Positions 1 to 8,072 of a stretch of 14,838 bases of DNA are shown here, one piece after another. Within the stretch, counting starts at the first letter, position 1. Every line of letters starts with the position of its first letter. The stretch is from a virus (lineage: Duplodnaviria > Heunggongvirae > Uroviricota > Caudoviricetes), in the IMG/VR virus record IMGVR_UViG_3300038360_000413; one strand, 5' to 3'. The position numbers and the translations under genes are program-made. The notes beneath the pieces were generated by a model. That model had not been told where the DNA came from. It made no database searches and saw only the letters and a program-made list of their open reading frames with translations.

Positions 1-1
1 A

Positions 2-1018
2 ATTATCCAAAAAGTAAAAGAATTAGCTCCCCAAGCTAAAATAATATCTTACTTCCCAACTGACGGATCGCCTTTCTCTTTAGCTTGGAGAAATGTGCTT
101 GAAATGTCCGACGCTCTTATTTACTACACAGATTGGGCTAAAATGATAGTAGAAGAAAAAGTAAAAATAGTTAACAAACCCACATATAAATTATATCACG
201 GAGTTAATCCAGAGCATTTCTATCCACTGTCAAGAAAGAAAATAAGTGAATTAAGAGAGCAGTTTAAATGGACTGGAAAGTTTTCTGTTATTAACATAAA
301 CAGATTTCAACCTCGAAAATTTATTACTGGCACTATGTTAGCCTGGAGTATGTTTGCTAAGGGGTATAAAATTTGCAAATGTGGACATCACATGCCGATC
401 GATAGGCGATCTTGTGATTTAAACATGTGTCCTCCTGACGACATTGTGGCATCTAAAGTACATAACCGTAATGATATCTTTCTTTATTTACACATGATGC
501 CTAAAGAACTCCCAATGGGCCCTGGTCCAGCTAATATGCTACAAAATCATTTAGTTAATGCAGGATTCTTAGATGTTGATATGCTTCGTATAATTGGAGT
601 AAATGCTAGAAATATTTATGGCGGAGAAGTTGGTATAGAGGAAATAAATGAATACTACAACGCTGCTAATTACAACATTACTTCAACTTTAGGAGAAGGC
701 TGTGGGTTATCACTAATCGAAGCTGCTGCCTGCGGAACCCCAAGCATAGCACCAAAAAACAGTGCTATTCCTGAAATGCTACAACATACGGGAAAAATGA
801 TAAACCATGTCGGACACATAGCTCTATCTGGAGATAATGGACATTTACGCCCAGTTGTGAGTCCGTGGGAAATGACCTTAGCATTAGAGGAAGCTTATCA
901 AGAGTGGAAAGAAAGCGGGGAGGAAAAACATGTGCATACAGAATGTATTGCAAATGTTGATAAGAACTTCCGATGGGAAGATAAGCGAAATATTCTAAGA
1001 GATGCTCTAAACGTTTAA
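2..1018 (+). CDS. Glycosyltransferase, GT-B fold (GT4-like), 5'-partial
   Basis: Frame is open from the window edge (IIQKVKELAPQAKIISYFPTDGSP...), so the real start is upstream of the window. Motifs seen: YHGVNPEHF, NINRFQPRK, and the GT4-type donor-binding segment STLGEGCGLSLIEAAACGTPSIAPKNSAIPE. Ends TAA; 7 Trp, all TGG. Confidence 0.85.
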   Translation: MIQKVKELAPQAKIISYFPTDGSPFSLAWRNVLEMSDALIYYTDWAKMIVEEKVKIVNKPTYKLYHGVNPEHFYPLSRKKISELREQFKWTGKFSVININRFQPRKFITGTMLAWSMFAKGYKICKCGHHMPIDRRSCDLNMCPPDDIVASKVHNRNDIFLYLHMMPKELPMGPGPANMLQNHLVNAGFLDVDMLRIIGVNARNIYGGEVGIEEINEYYNAANYNITSTLGEGCGLSLIEAAACGTPSIAPKNSAIPEMLQHTGKMINHVGHIALSGDNGHLRPVVSPWEMTLALEEAYQEWKESGEEKHVHTECIANVDKNFRWEDKRNILRDALNV

Positions 1019-1020
1019 AT

Positions 1021-1050
1021 AAAAAGCCTGGTTAATCACCGGGCTTTTTT
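1021..1050. terminator. Bidirectional intrinsic terminator
   Basis: AAAAA-GCCTGGT-taatc-ACCGGGC-TTTTTT: 7-bp stem with one G:U, A-tract on the left and T-tract on the right, at the convergence of the + strand GT gene and the minus-strand operon. Confidence 0.8.
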
Positions 1051-1745
1051 AATATATGGCCATCTAAGGCCAGAGAAAGAAAAGGATTTAAACTATAAAT
1101 ATTTACATTAAAATGCTTTATTAACTGTGTTTTAATTTCTGAGGTTAGTTGTAGATTTCCCTTCATCCAGTCCAAGTAATCTTCTCTATAATCACCCTCA
1201 TTAGCCTGTCTTCAATATGTTTTACTATGCACTTCACCGTCCAAAGACCCTCCATCATGTCCTACTAAAATAATGTTAGCAGCCCCTAAGTGTGCGGCCA
1301 AGTGTAAAGCACTGTTAGTAGTGCACTTATTTATTAATAAATGCTTAGGATCTTTTCATGGCAAGTTGTTAGGAAGTTCTCCTACTGAATTTTCTAAATG
1401 TTCGAAGTAAAATAATTGCTCAGAGTTATAATTAGGAAACTCTCTTTCGAAAAAAAATCATTCCCATTCTTTAAAAGATTTCAGCGCGTTTCGACCGCCA
1501 GCCCGTTCGGGTATAATTAAATTAACCGCGGAGTTAAAAACATCTTCTATAATATCTTCGTTATAATCTTGGAAAATAACATATTTACAAATATCTATAT
1601 CAAACACACTATAAGATCTATTTACACTAATTACCGTCTTATTACGAAAAAAGTCCTTGGAGATATAATCTACCGAAGGACCTGAACATAGTACATAAAT
1701 ATCTTCATCAAGGTGAAGATTATATAGTTTATTAATTAGTCTCAA
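1032..1745 (-). CDS. DUF115/Maf/MptE-like (sialyltransferase-like) protein, 237 aa, 3 in-frame TGA read as Trp
   Basis: N-terminal YVLCSGPS...ISVN. The frame continues through TGA at 1458-60, 1356-58 and 1212-14 into ALHLAAHLGAANIILVGHD and IYSLNPFLSLALDGH, ending at TAA 1032-34 inside the terminator. TTG start abuts the upstream TAA. Confidence 0.72.
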
Positions 1746-1934
1746 TTATTCTTCTGATTCGTCCGACTCATCTCTATATCAAACTGTAACAGTTGATACT
1801 CCAGATTTGCTTGTTTCAAACACATCCCGCAATATTACACAAGCTTCATTGTTTAGTATTTCTTCGTAGTCTGTGTTACCTTCCCAATCTATAATAAACT
1901 TTCTAACTTTTTGTACCCCAACTCCGAATCCCAT
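1746..1934 (-). CDS. Hypothetical protein, 62 aa, one in-frame TGA
   Basis: GAGGAG RBS then ATG at 1934: MGFGVGVQKVRKFIIDWEG...STVTV[TGA 1779-81]YRDESDESEE-TAA. The TAA directly abuts the next start codon. Confidence 0.65.
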
Positions 1935-2087
1935 TTAATTGCTCTCCTCACCTTCCGGATCGTAATCCAATTCACGCCATTCATCGGCAGCACTTTTTTC
2001 AAGTTCTTCTCCGACAGGTATTCTTTTAAGCTCACCAGTAAGTGTGTTTTCATACACAGTATACGTGCTATATTTTTCCATAGTCAT
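1935..2087 (-). CDS. Small acidic hypothetical protein, 50 aa
   Basis: ATG overlaps the portal stop (TAATG): MTMEKYSTYTVYENTLTGELKRIPVGEELEKSAADEWRELDYDPEGEESN-TAA. Fills the gap exactly. Confidence 0.7.
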   Translation of the reverse strand: MTMEKYSTYTVYENTLTGELKRIPVGEELEKSAADEWRELDYDPEGEESN

Positions 2088-3967
2088 TATGCGCTACCTC
2101 TTGTTTGTGCCTTACTCTTATCTGAGCTAGGAGTATTTGGTTTGTCTTTTTGCCTAGTACCAGGCTGTTGCTCATTTGGAGCACTTTTAGACTTCATAGG
2201 AGGTGCGGCAGGTGCCTCACTTTCCATCATAAGTTGATATTGATTTATACGCTCCATTACCATTACAGCTATTGTAGGTGTCTTAGTTTTTAAAGACATT
2301 AAAGTCTGTTGTTGCATAGCTGGCTCTAAGGCCATTATTTGTATAGCATATTGATCTATAATAGAAAACGCATCTTCAGGTATGCCTCCAAATTCTTGTT
2401 CTAATTCTTTCTGGAATAACTCCATCTTCATTTTTAACATTTCATCTTGCATCGCTTTTTCGGAGCGTGCTTGATATTTGGCTAAAATTACTTGAGCTTT
2501 TCCACTTGATTCTGCGTCCATTTCTTTTTGCAGACCCTGCATTTCAAATGTACTTACCAAATGTTTTTTAGTAAGCTTCATTTCATCAGCATAGTGATAG
2601 CCCCATTCTTCTAGTAAGGTTGGAGTGGAGAGCTGAGAAGCGCCATTCATTTCAAGCATAAGCTGTTTTTCTTGCACATCATCGCTCATTTTAAACTTTT
2701 TAAATTTAAGTTTAATTGGCGGCAATTTAATTAGTCGAGAAGCATTAGGCAATAAGAAGTGATTTACAAAGTCTTCTAACAATTCTCTATATGTAAGAAA
2801 GTGATTCTCAATAATTCTAAGAGAGATAGATGATCCAGTCCAGGATGCTCCACCTTTAATAAATTCAATTGGTACTCCTAAACTATTAATAATGTTTTCT
2901 TCTAAAAACTTCATTTCAGGAGTAAGTAACAATGCACGAGCGTTTCCACCTAATTCTTGGTAACCAATTGGGATAGGAAATACGCCAATATGGTTCACAT
3001 CTTCTCGCCATTTTTTAATCTGCTCTTCCATCTCAGTACGCCATTGAGCAAGGTTTAATTGTGAATATGGGTCGAGTGTAACTGTGTTAGCGGGATAAAT
3101 ACTCTTCTTAGGCACAATATGCTCCATAGCAATTGCTTCGTTGCCTCTACGCAATGTTTGTAGATAAAAGATATCTTTTAACGCTGGAAGTATTATAGGC
3201 TTACCCCAACCCATATCTTCTTCAGCAAGAGTAGGACGTTTAAAATGGTATAAATTACTTTCGTCAAGTTCTATTCTTTTCTTAGTTTTTAAAGCTTCTA
3301 AAAACACCAAGGGAATGTCTCTTAAAATAGCTGCATTTCCTGATATTATTTGTTTTTTAATTTTATTAGGAATATTATAATAGTATAAGCTACTACCCGT
3401 TATTGGGTTATATTCTATGTCAATATTTTGTGGTGACCATCTTAAAAGTCTAAAATGTTTTCTGGATACTAAAGCTTCTTCGTGTACTGTAAACTTCATT
3501 TCTGAAGCTTTACATTCTTTACATGATCCATAGAATTCGAAGTTTTTTAATTTAAAACTTATGTTTTTAATATCATCTTCGTGTCCACACTTAGTACATT
3601 TTAAAAAACGTTTTTGTTTTACAAAGTAGGAAATAAAGGAATTTCCATAAGTAAAATAATCTAAGCCGATTTCTATTAAAAAGCTTTTTATTTTTAATTG
3701 TTCGTGTAGAAGTTCGTCCCATTTCTCTCTAATTTTTTCATCTACATCTGTTTTATAAAGTAAATCTGTTATTGGATATTCTGTTAGTTTAGTAATTACA
3801 TTACGCAAAAAGGCATTAGTATAGAAGAAGCCTTTACAGTACTTAAACAATACTTTTATGTCTTTAGGAATATACGAACTCGCCAAATCGAAAAATGGAT
3901 TAGGATATTCTCTACCATTTCTTGACGGGTTTTGTATATTTCTTTCAGTAAAACTTCTGTTACTCAT
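2087..3967 (-). CDS. Probable phage portal protein with Zn-ribbon insertion, 626 aa
   Basis: N-terminal YPNPFFDLASSYIP...NVITKLTEYPIT, central YHFKRPTLA...WGKP, and INSLGVPIEFIKGG resemble portals of large tailed phages as I recall them. CTKC...CKEC insertion; low-complexity C-terminal tail. Family call is from pattern recall, not a search. Confidence 0.7.
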   Translation of the reverse strand: MSNRSFTERNIQNPSRNGREYPNPFFDLASSYIPKDIKVLFKYCKGFFYTNAFLRNVITKLTEYPITDLLYKTDVDEKIREKWDELLHEQLKIKSFLIEIGLDYFTYGNSFISYFVKQKRFLKCTKCGHEDDIKNISFKLKNFEFYGSCKECKASEMKFTVHEEALVSRKHFRLLRWSPQNIDIEYNPITGSSLYYYNIPNKIKKQIISGNAAILRDIPLVFLEALKTKKRIELDESNLYHFKRPTLAEEDMGWGKPIILPALKDIFYLQTLRRGNEAIAMEHIVPKKSIYPANTVTLDPYSQLNLAQWRTEMEEQIKKWREDVNHIGVFPIPIGYQELGGNARALLLTPEMKFLEENIINSLGVPIEFIKGGASWTGSSISLRIIENHFLTYRELLEDFVNHFLLPNASRLIKLPPIKLKFKKFKMSDDVQEKQLMLEMNGASQLSTPTLLEEWGYHYADEMKLTKKHLVSTFEMQGLQKEMDAESSGKAQVILAKYQARSEKAMQDEMLKMKMELFQKELEQEFGGIPEDAFSIIDQYAIQIMALEPAMQQQTLMSLKTKTPTIAVMVMERINQYQLMMESEAPAAPPMKSKSAPNEQQPGTRQKDKPNTPSSDKSKAQTRGSA

Positions 3968-3971
3968 TTTA

Positions 3972-4457
3972 TTACCTTACTTGTTTTAAATATTCTTTTA
4001 TTTTTAAATACCGCACAGCCTGTATACCTCGTCTAGTCTCGTCTAACGGAAATGGGCCATGTACTGCTAACGCTTTCGTAGCTGCAAAATTTGGATTATC
4101 AAGTCCTGACAATGGTGGATAAAAATTATATCCTTCATCGTCAAATATGTATTTAATATACACTTTAACTTCCCAAGATAGTTTAAACTTGGGTTTTAAT
4201 TTGTTTAGCATAATCAGCGCTTTCCATATCCATTCCGGTTCAGGAACATTGGACATAAAGATATCCGCTGACATATCGTTAAGTAGAAAGACCACATTTT
4301 TAAATATATCCATATCTTCTAAAACCATGTCGTTGCGCCTAATAGCTGTCATTGCTAAAATCTGCTCCCGTTTTAAAGGAGTCAACGCTGGTTCAACGAA
4401 GTCAAGAGTCTCTGGTTCCAGAGGTTCTGTTATTTTTAAAAGATCTTCTACTAACAT
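3972..4457 (-). CDS. Hypothetical protein, 161 aa
   Basis: ORF track; GGTGGA RBS-like motif upstream; packed tightly against the portal start; TAA stop. Confidence 0.75.
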   Translation of the reverse strand: MLVEDLLKITEPLEPETLDFVEPALTPLKREQILAMTAIRRNDMVLEDMDIFKNVVFLLNDMSADIFMSNVPEPEWIWKALIMLNKLKPKFKLSWEVKVYIKYIFDDEGYNFYPPLSGLDNPNFAATKALAVHGPFPLDETRRGIQAVRYLKIKEYLKQVR

Positions 4458-4474
4458 TTTTCCACCATCAGCTT

Positions 4475-5023
4475 CTAGTGTTTATTTATTTTTTCGTAAG
4501 GGCCCCCAAGGATCTCCTCTCCAAGTCTTCTTCCAACACCCATTCCAAGTAATGCGGCTAAAGCAACACCTACTATTTTTTTAGTATTGCTTTTTCCCTT
4601 AAATAAATTAGGGTTTAATTTATTAACTACCAATGGGCCGGCAGGTAAACCTAAAGCGCCTCCTATTGCATTACCTCAATCTCCAGCCACAGGATTCCTT
4701 CTTTTCAACTCATGGGCTGCCCTTTCGGCTAGTTTCTCGAATACATATTCTGCTTTGTCCATACTTGCTTCTTTTTTCAGCTCCATACGTTTAAATTTGA
4801 CCACTGCATTTTTATCTCCGTAAACTACTTTATAGTAGGTACGTGACGCAGGTTTGCGCTTAAAAAAGCCAGATTTAGGAGTATCTATTCGCATAAAACG
4901 AGCACCAGGTTTGCCAAGCAAGGTAGCTCGTGCCTTACTTTTGTTTTTAGCGGCACTAATATTGAAAGTACCTACATGATGTGCTGCTCCAAATTCATAC
5001 AGTTGCAATTGTTTCTTATCCAT
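4475..5023 (-). CDS. Hypothetical virion-type protein with glycine-zipper segments, 182 aa, one in-frame TGA
   Basis: GAGGAG RBS, MDKKQ start at 5023. Continues through TGA 4676-78 (PVAGD[W]GNAIGGALGLPAG...KKIVGVALAALLGMGVGRRLG) to TAG 4475-77, filling an otherwise empty 200-bp gap. Confidence 0.75.
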
Positions 5024-5025
5024 TC

Positions 5026-6006
5026 TTAATTCTCCTCTAACTGAGCCTCTAAATAACAACCACGAGCTACTGCTGTAAGTGGTTCGTCCACGATTTTAAT
5101 TTCGCTTATTTCTAAAGGAAATTGTTTTGCCTGAAATTGATCTCTAAATACTTCTATAAAACCATTTATTGAAGCCGTGCCGCCGCCAATTATAATTGGT
5201 ATTGGTTTCGGAAAAGTAGGCATATTTGACGATTCAAATTGTTTTGCTAAATTAGCTAACAAATATCTAAATAATACTTCATAATATGTTTTTATAGCTT
5301 GTTGTTCTCTTGTACGCTCCTGCGTTGAGGCAGGATCTATTGTGTAATTTCCTGTTTCTTTTATATATTGAGCTTTCGCTTTAGTAATTCCACAATCTCT
5401 TGCCACGTTCTCATCAATCCAATCGCCTGATTTAGCTATGCTAAAAGTCAAAGCAGACATTCCAGCATATAAAATGGCAAAATTGACCATTCCTGCTCCC
5501 AATGAAATAGCAATTCCAGATAACTCTGAATTTTGTAAACCTACTAATCCTAAAGCTGTTGCTTCATTAATGGCTCTTGCAGAGTATCCTAAAGATTCTA
5601 TAATTTGCTTTAATACATCTTTATGATAGTCAATTTCTTGTGATTTATCAATAGGTTTTCCTGGGATACAATAAACAATGCGCTCGTTTTCTTGAGAAGC
5701 CGTTCCAACCAATCCGGAAATAATTTCTCGTAATATAGGGAAAGCATCTTGCTCAGTTGGATTTAATAATCCCTGTGCCATAGGTCGTTTTAGATCTTTA
5801 TTTCCAAAAACTTGTGCATACTCATAGGCTTTTTGTCCTATAATATGTAGTTTGTTATTAATTTCTATATAAGGCACATTAAGTGTTTTAAGTTGTCGAA
5901 GCGTTGTTACAGCTTTATCTATAGTTAAAAAAGCATTTCGTTGTAATGTAATATCTTGATTATTCACCGAAACAAAAAATCCAGTTCCACAGTCAATTGC
6001 TTTCAT
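5026..6006 (-). CDS. Actin-like ATPase (actin/MreB/FtsA/ParM/MamK superfamily), 326 aa
   Basis: Phosphate-1 AIDCGTGFF, connect-1 INEATA, phosphate-2 variant ISLGAGMVN, adenosine motif IIIGGGTA, connect-2 EPLTAVARG. Start placed at ATG 6006 (AAGGA upstream) instead of 6075. Confidence 0.85.
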   Translation of the reverse strand: MKAIDCGTGFFVSVNNQDITLQRNAFLTIDKAVTTLRQLKTLNVPYIEINNKLHIIGQKAYEYAQVFGNKDLKRPMAQGLLNPTEQDAFPILREIISGLVGTASQENERIVYCIPGKPIDKSQEIDYHKDVLKQIIESLGYSARAINEATALGLVGLQNSELSGIAISLGAGMVNFAILYAGMSALTFSIAKSGDWIDENVARDCGITKAKAQYIKETGNYTIDPASTQERTREQQAIKTYYEVLFRYLLANLAKQFESSNMPTFPKPIPIIIGGGTASINGFIEVFRDQFQAKQFPLEISEIKIVDEPLTAVARGCYLEAQLEEN

Positions 6007-6007
6007 T

Positions 6008-6088
6008 TTATAATGTCCATCCTTTATGTTGTTGATAATTTTTATTTTGTTTATTAGAAATTTTATAAATTCCACTTATTACTTTCAT
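6008..6088 (-). pseudogene. Collapsed GIY-YIG homing endonuclease remnant, 26 aa
   Basis: ATG overlaps the upstream stop (TAATG): MKVISGIYKISNKQNKNYQQHKGWTL-TAA. Looks like a GIY-YIG N-terminus joined to an HKGW-type C-terminal tail, with no YIG or catalytic core. Confidence 0.55.
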
Positions 6089-6327
6089 TAGAGATTTGAT
6101 TCTCCCACTTCGTAATCAAATGATATATTTTTGGAGCTAGAATTTTCAACAGGTATTTCATTCATTTGTTTTTTATTTGATTTGTTTGGTTCGCCAAGAG
6201 ATGTTGGAATGTTATTGTTTACAGTTATTGGACGTGAAAAATCCTTTTTCCAAAAGATATATAAAAAGACTATCTTACTAACTACAAACGTTGCAACATA
6301 TACAACTACTAACGTTTCCCAAAACAT
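6088..6327 (-). CDS. Small single-pass membrane protein, 79 aa
   Basis: N-terminal hydrophobic stretch LVVVYVATFVVSKIVFLYIFW followed by KK; TAATG coupling at both ends. Confidence 0.7.
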   Translation of the reverse strand: MFWETLVVVYVATFVVSKIVFLYIFWKKDFSRPITVNNNIPTSLGEPNKSNKKQMNEIPVENSSSKNISFDYEVGESNL

Positions 6328-7382
6328 TATACTAAATCCAATACTCCTCTACGGAATGGAGTTGGTAAGGATTCTAAAACATCTAAGCCGCTTTCGCCTT
6401 TTAGAGCTCCAATATGTCCCTCGCCAATTACACCTGTTAAGGATGCCGAAGGTATTGCAGATAGTTGGTCTTGTGTAACAGATACTCCGTCAATTGTTCT
6501 GCTGGCAACTTTTTCTTCTAAGAAAGTAGACAAGAAGGGATCTTCGAGACCTTTGCCATAAGATCCTAATAGATTGGCTTTTTCATCTACCTTTGATAAA
6601 ACCATTGCAGTTTTTTGAGGACCCAATTCGTCGGCTTTTTTAATTATTTCGTCATACGCAGTTTTTAATTCTTCGTCATTATCTTTTAAATAACCTTTTC
6701 TAATTTGAATATGATCGTAAAAATCAGGATTAAATTTAGTTTTTTGTAATGAACTATATTTTTCTAAAGCAGTTTTACCTAATGAAATATCTTTCTCTTT
6801 CGCAGCATCAATTACATTAACAATAAATTCAGCTTTCTTTTCCATTGGCATTCTGTAATGATTCTTTTCAAAGTAGGCTGCTGCTTGTTTTACATGCATA
6901 TCAGTTTCCAATGGAAACTTCTCATCTGTAGCCCATGCAAATTTGGAAATTGAAGCTCGTTTTTGCATAACAGGAGTAACCTTTCTGGTATCTACTATGT
7001 TATTAACAAACTGAGTTGAGCTGAGTTTAACTAACTCTTTTGGAACTTCTAATTTAAAGTTGTATGCTGCACTGGTTAAATTTGCAGCTGCTGTCTTAGT
7101 TACTTCCTCCGGAAGTTCATCAACTTTAGATGCTAATAAGGCCATGTTAAGTTCAACTAATTCTGGTGTGTATAATGCGAATTTACGCATTTGTCCTGAA
7201 CGTGGATTCCAAAGAATTAATGCAAAGTCTTTTTCATTGCGCTCTAATTCATCTTCGTAGGAAGGAATTGTAGCCATTCTACTTTTTTCAGATAAGGTAC
7301 TAGCAACTTCTGCTACCTTTTCTAATTCATTATTCACAATGTAATCAACCACGTCCAATGATTGTAGTGTTATAGTATTCAC
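6327..7382 (-). CDS. Hypothetical (probably virion/head-associated) protein, 351 aa
   Basis: AGGAG RBS and GTG start; long clean ORF. Internal near-duplicate RKFALYTPELV / EKFPLETDMHV; several K-x-A motifs. Confidence 0.75.
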   Translation of the reverse strand: MNTITLQSLDVVDYIVNNELEKVAEVASTLSEKSRMATIPSYEDELERNEKDFALILWNPRSGQMRKFALYTPELVELNMALLASKVDELPEEVTKTAAANLTSAAYNFKLEVPKELVKLSSTQFVNNIVDTRKVTPVMQKRASISKFAWATDEKFPLETDMHVKQAAAYFEKNHYRMPMEKKAEFIVNVIDAAKEKDISLGKTALEKYSSLQKTKFNPDFYDHIQIRKGYLKDNDEELKTAYDEIIKKADELGPQKTAMVLSKVDEKANLLGSYGKGLEDPFLSTFLEEKVASRTIDGVSVTQDQLSAIPSASLTGVIGEGHIGALKGESGLDVLESLPTPFRRGVLDLV

Positions 7383-7386
7383 GAGG

Positions 7387-7950
7387 CTATCTCCTATACT
7401 TAATTATAAAATTTTCTAATGCTGTTCCTGGGCAATTTTGTTTCCCAAATGAGGAGTGTCCGTAAATAGAAACACACTCCAAGTTTAATTTAGCACTATT
7501 TACTAAATGATTCAAGAGGTTTTCTAAAGCACGCAATTGTTTTTTAGCAGGTTTCTTGGCAGTACCAGTGTGGTTTGGTCCATTAAAATCACCAACTACC
7601 ATAATTCCAATAGAGGCTGTGTTCTGAGTTTTACAATGCCAAGTCACATCGCTAAGCATATTAGCCTGCCATACTTCGCCTTTTTTTGTAATACCATAGT
7701 GATAAGCAAACTTAGGAGCCCCGTTAGGAGAAAGATGATTGTTTGAGCCAGGAGTTATGTGGTAGTTGTTGACAGCCTCTATACTGCCATCACCCAATTC
7801 TTGATGAATAATAATTTTATTTATTTTAGATAAAGAACGCTTAGATCAGGTGCGAGTCGGATGAGCTGGTAACTCATTTATTTTGTTTATAATTTTAAAA
7901 GGAGAACCATGCTCTCCAAATGGATTAAATCTTCTAATTGTGTCAAACAT
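7387..7950 (-). CDS. N-acetylmuramoyl-L-alanine amidase (Amidase_2/PGRP-like) endolysin, 187 aa, TGA at codon 35
   Basis: Zn-amidase motifs IIIHQ, FAYHYGI, WHC..QNTASIGI, YGHS, NCPG. The first Zn-ligand His (IIIHQ) lies upstream of the track ORF start. The frame reaches ATG 7950 only through TGA 7846-48 (ELPAHPTRT[W]SKRSLSKINKIIIHQ). Confidence 0.88.
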
Positions 7951-7966
7951 TTGTTTTGTTGGTTTT

Positions 7967-8065
7967 TGGCAGGCATGGAAGGTACCGCCCCCTCATAGCG
8001 ATGAGTTGGAATCACCGCATCAGGATTTGAAGTCCTGTGCCATAGCTTCATGGCTATACACGCCT
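7967..8065 (-). tRNA. Non-canonical tRNA, anticodon UCA (opal decoder, probably Trp), 99 nt, CCA encoded
   Basis: Acceptor AGGCGTG/CATGCCT, then G73 and CCA. D-arm GCCATG-AAGC-TATGGC. Anticodon arm CAGGA-CTTCAAA-TCCTG (TCA at 8030-8028). 26-nt variable region with stem GCGGTGA/TCATCGC. T-arm GAGGG-GGCGGTA-CCTTC. All arms pair, and it occupies an otherwise empty intergenic gap. Confidence 0.85.
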
Positions 8066-8072
8066 ATTAATT

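Noticed and set aside
6007-6075. Longer actin start at 6075 given by the track
   Set aside because: The phosphate-1 motif normally lies at the N-terminus (MKAIDCGT), ATG 6006 has an upstream AAGGA, and the interval is explained by the GIY-YIG remnant.
7967-8065. Ordinary selenocysteine system (selC plus selenoproteins)
   Set aside because: TGA falls at Trp-type positions and never at Cys positions, with up to 13 per gene; I saw no shared SECIS-like hairpin after the TGAs; the acceptor is 7 bp with Trp-type identity, not the 8-bp bacterial Sec stem. Sec ancestry of the tRNA remains possible.
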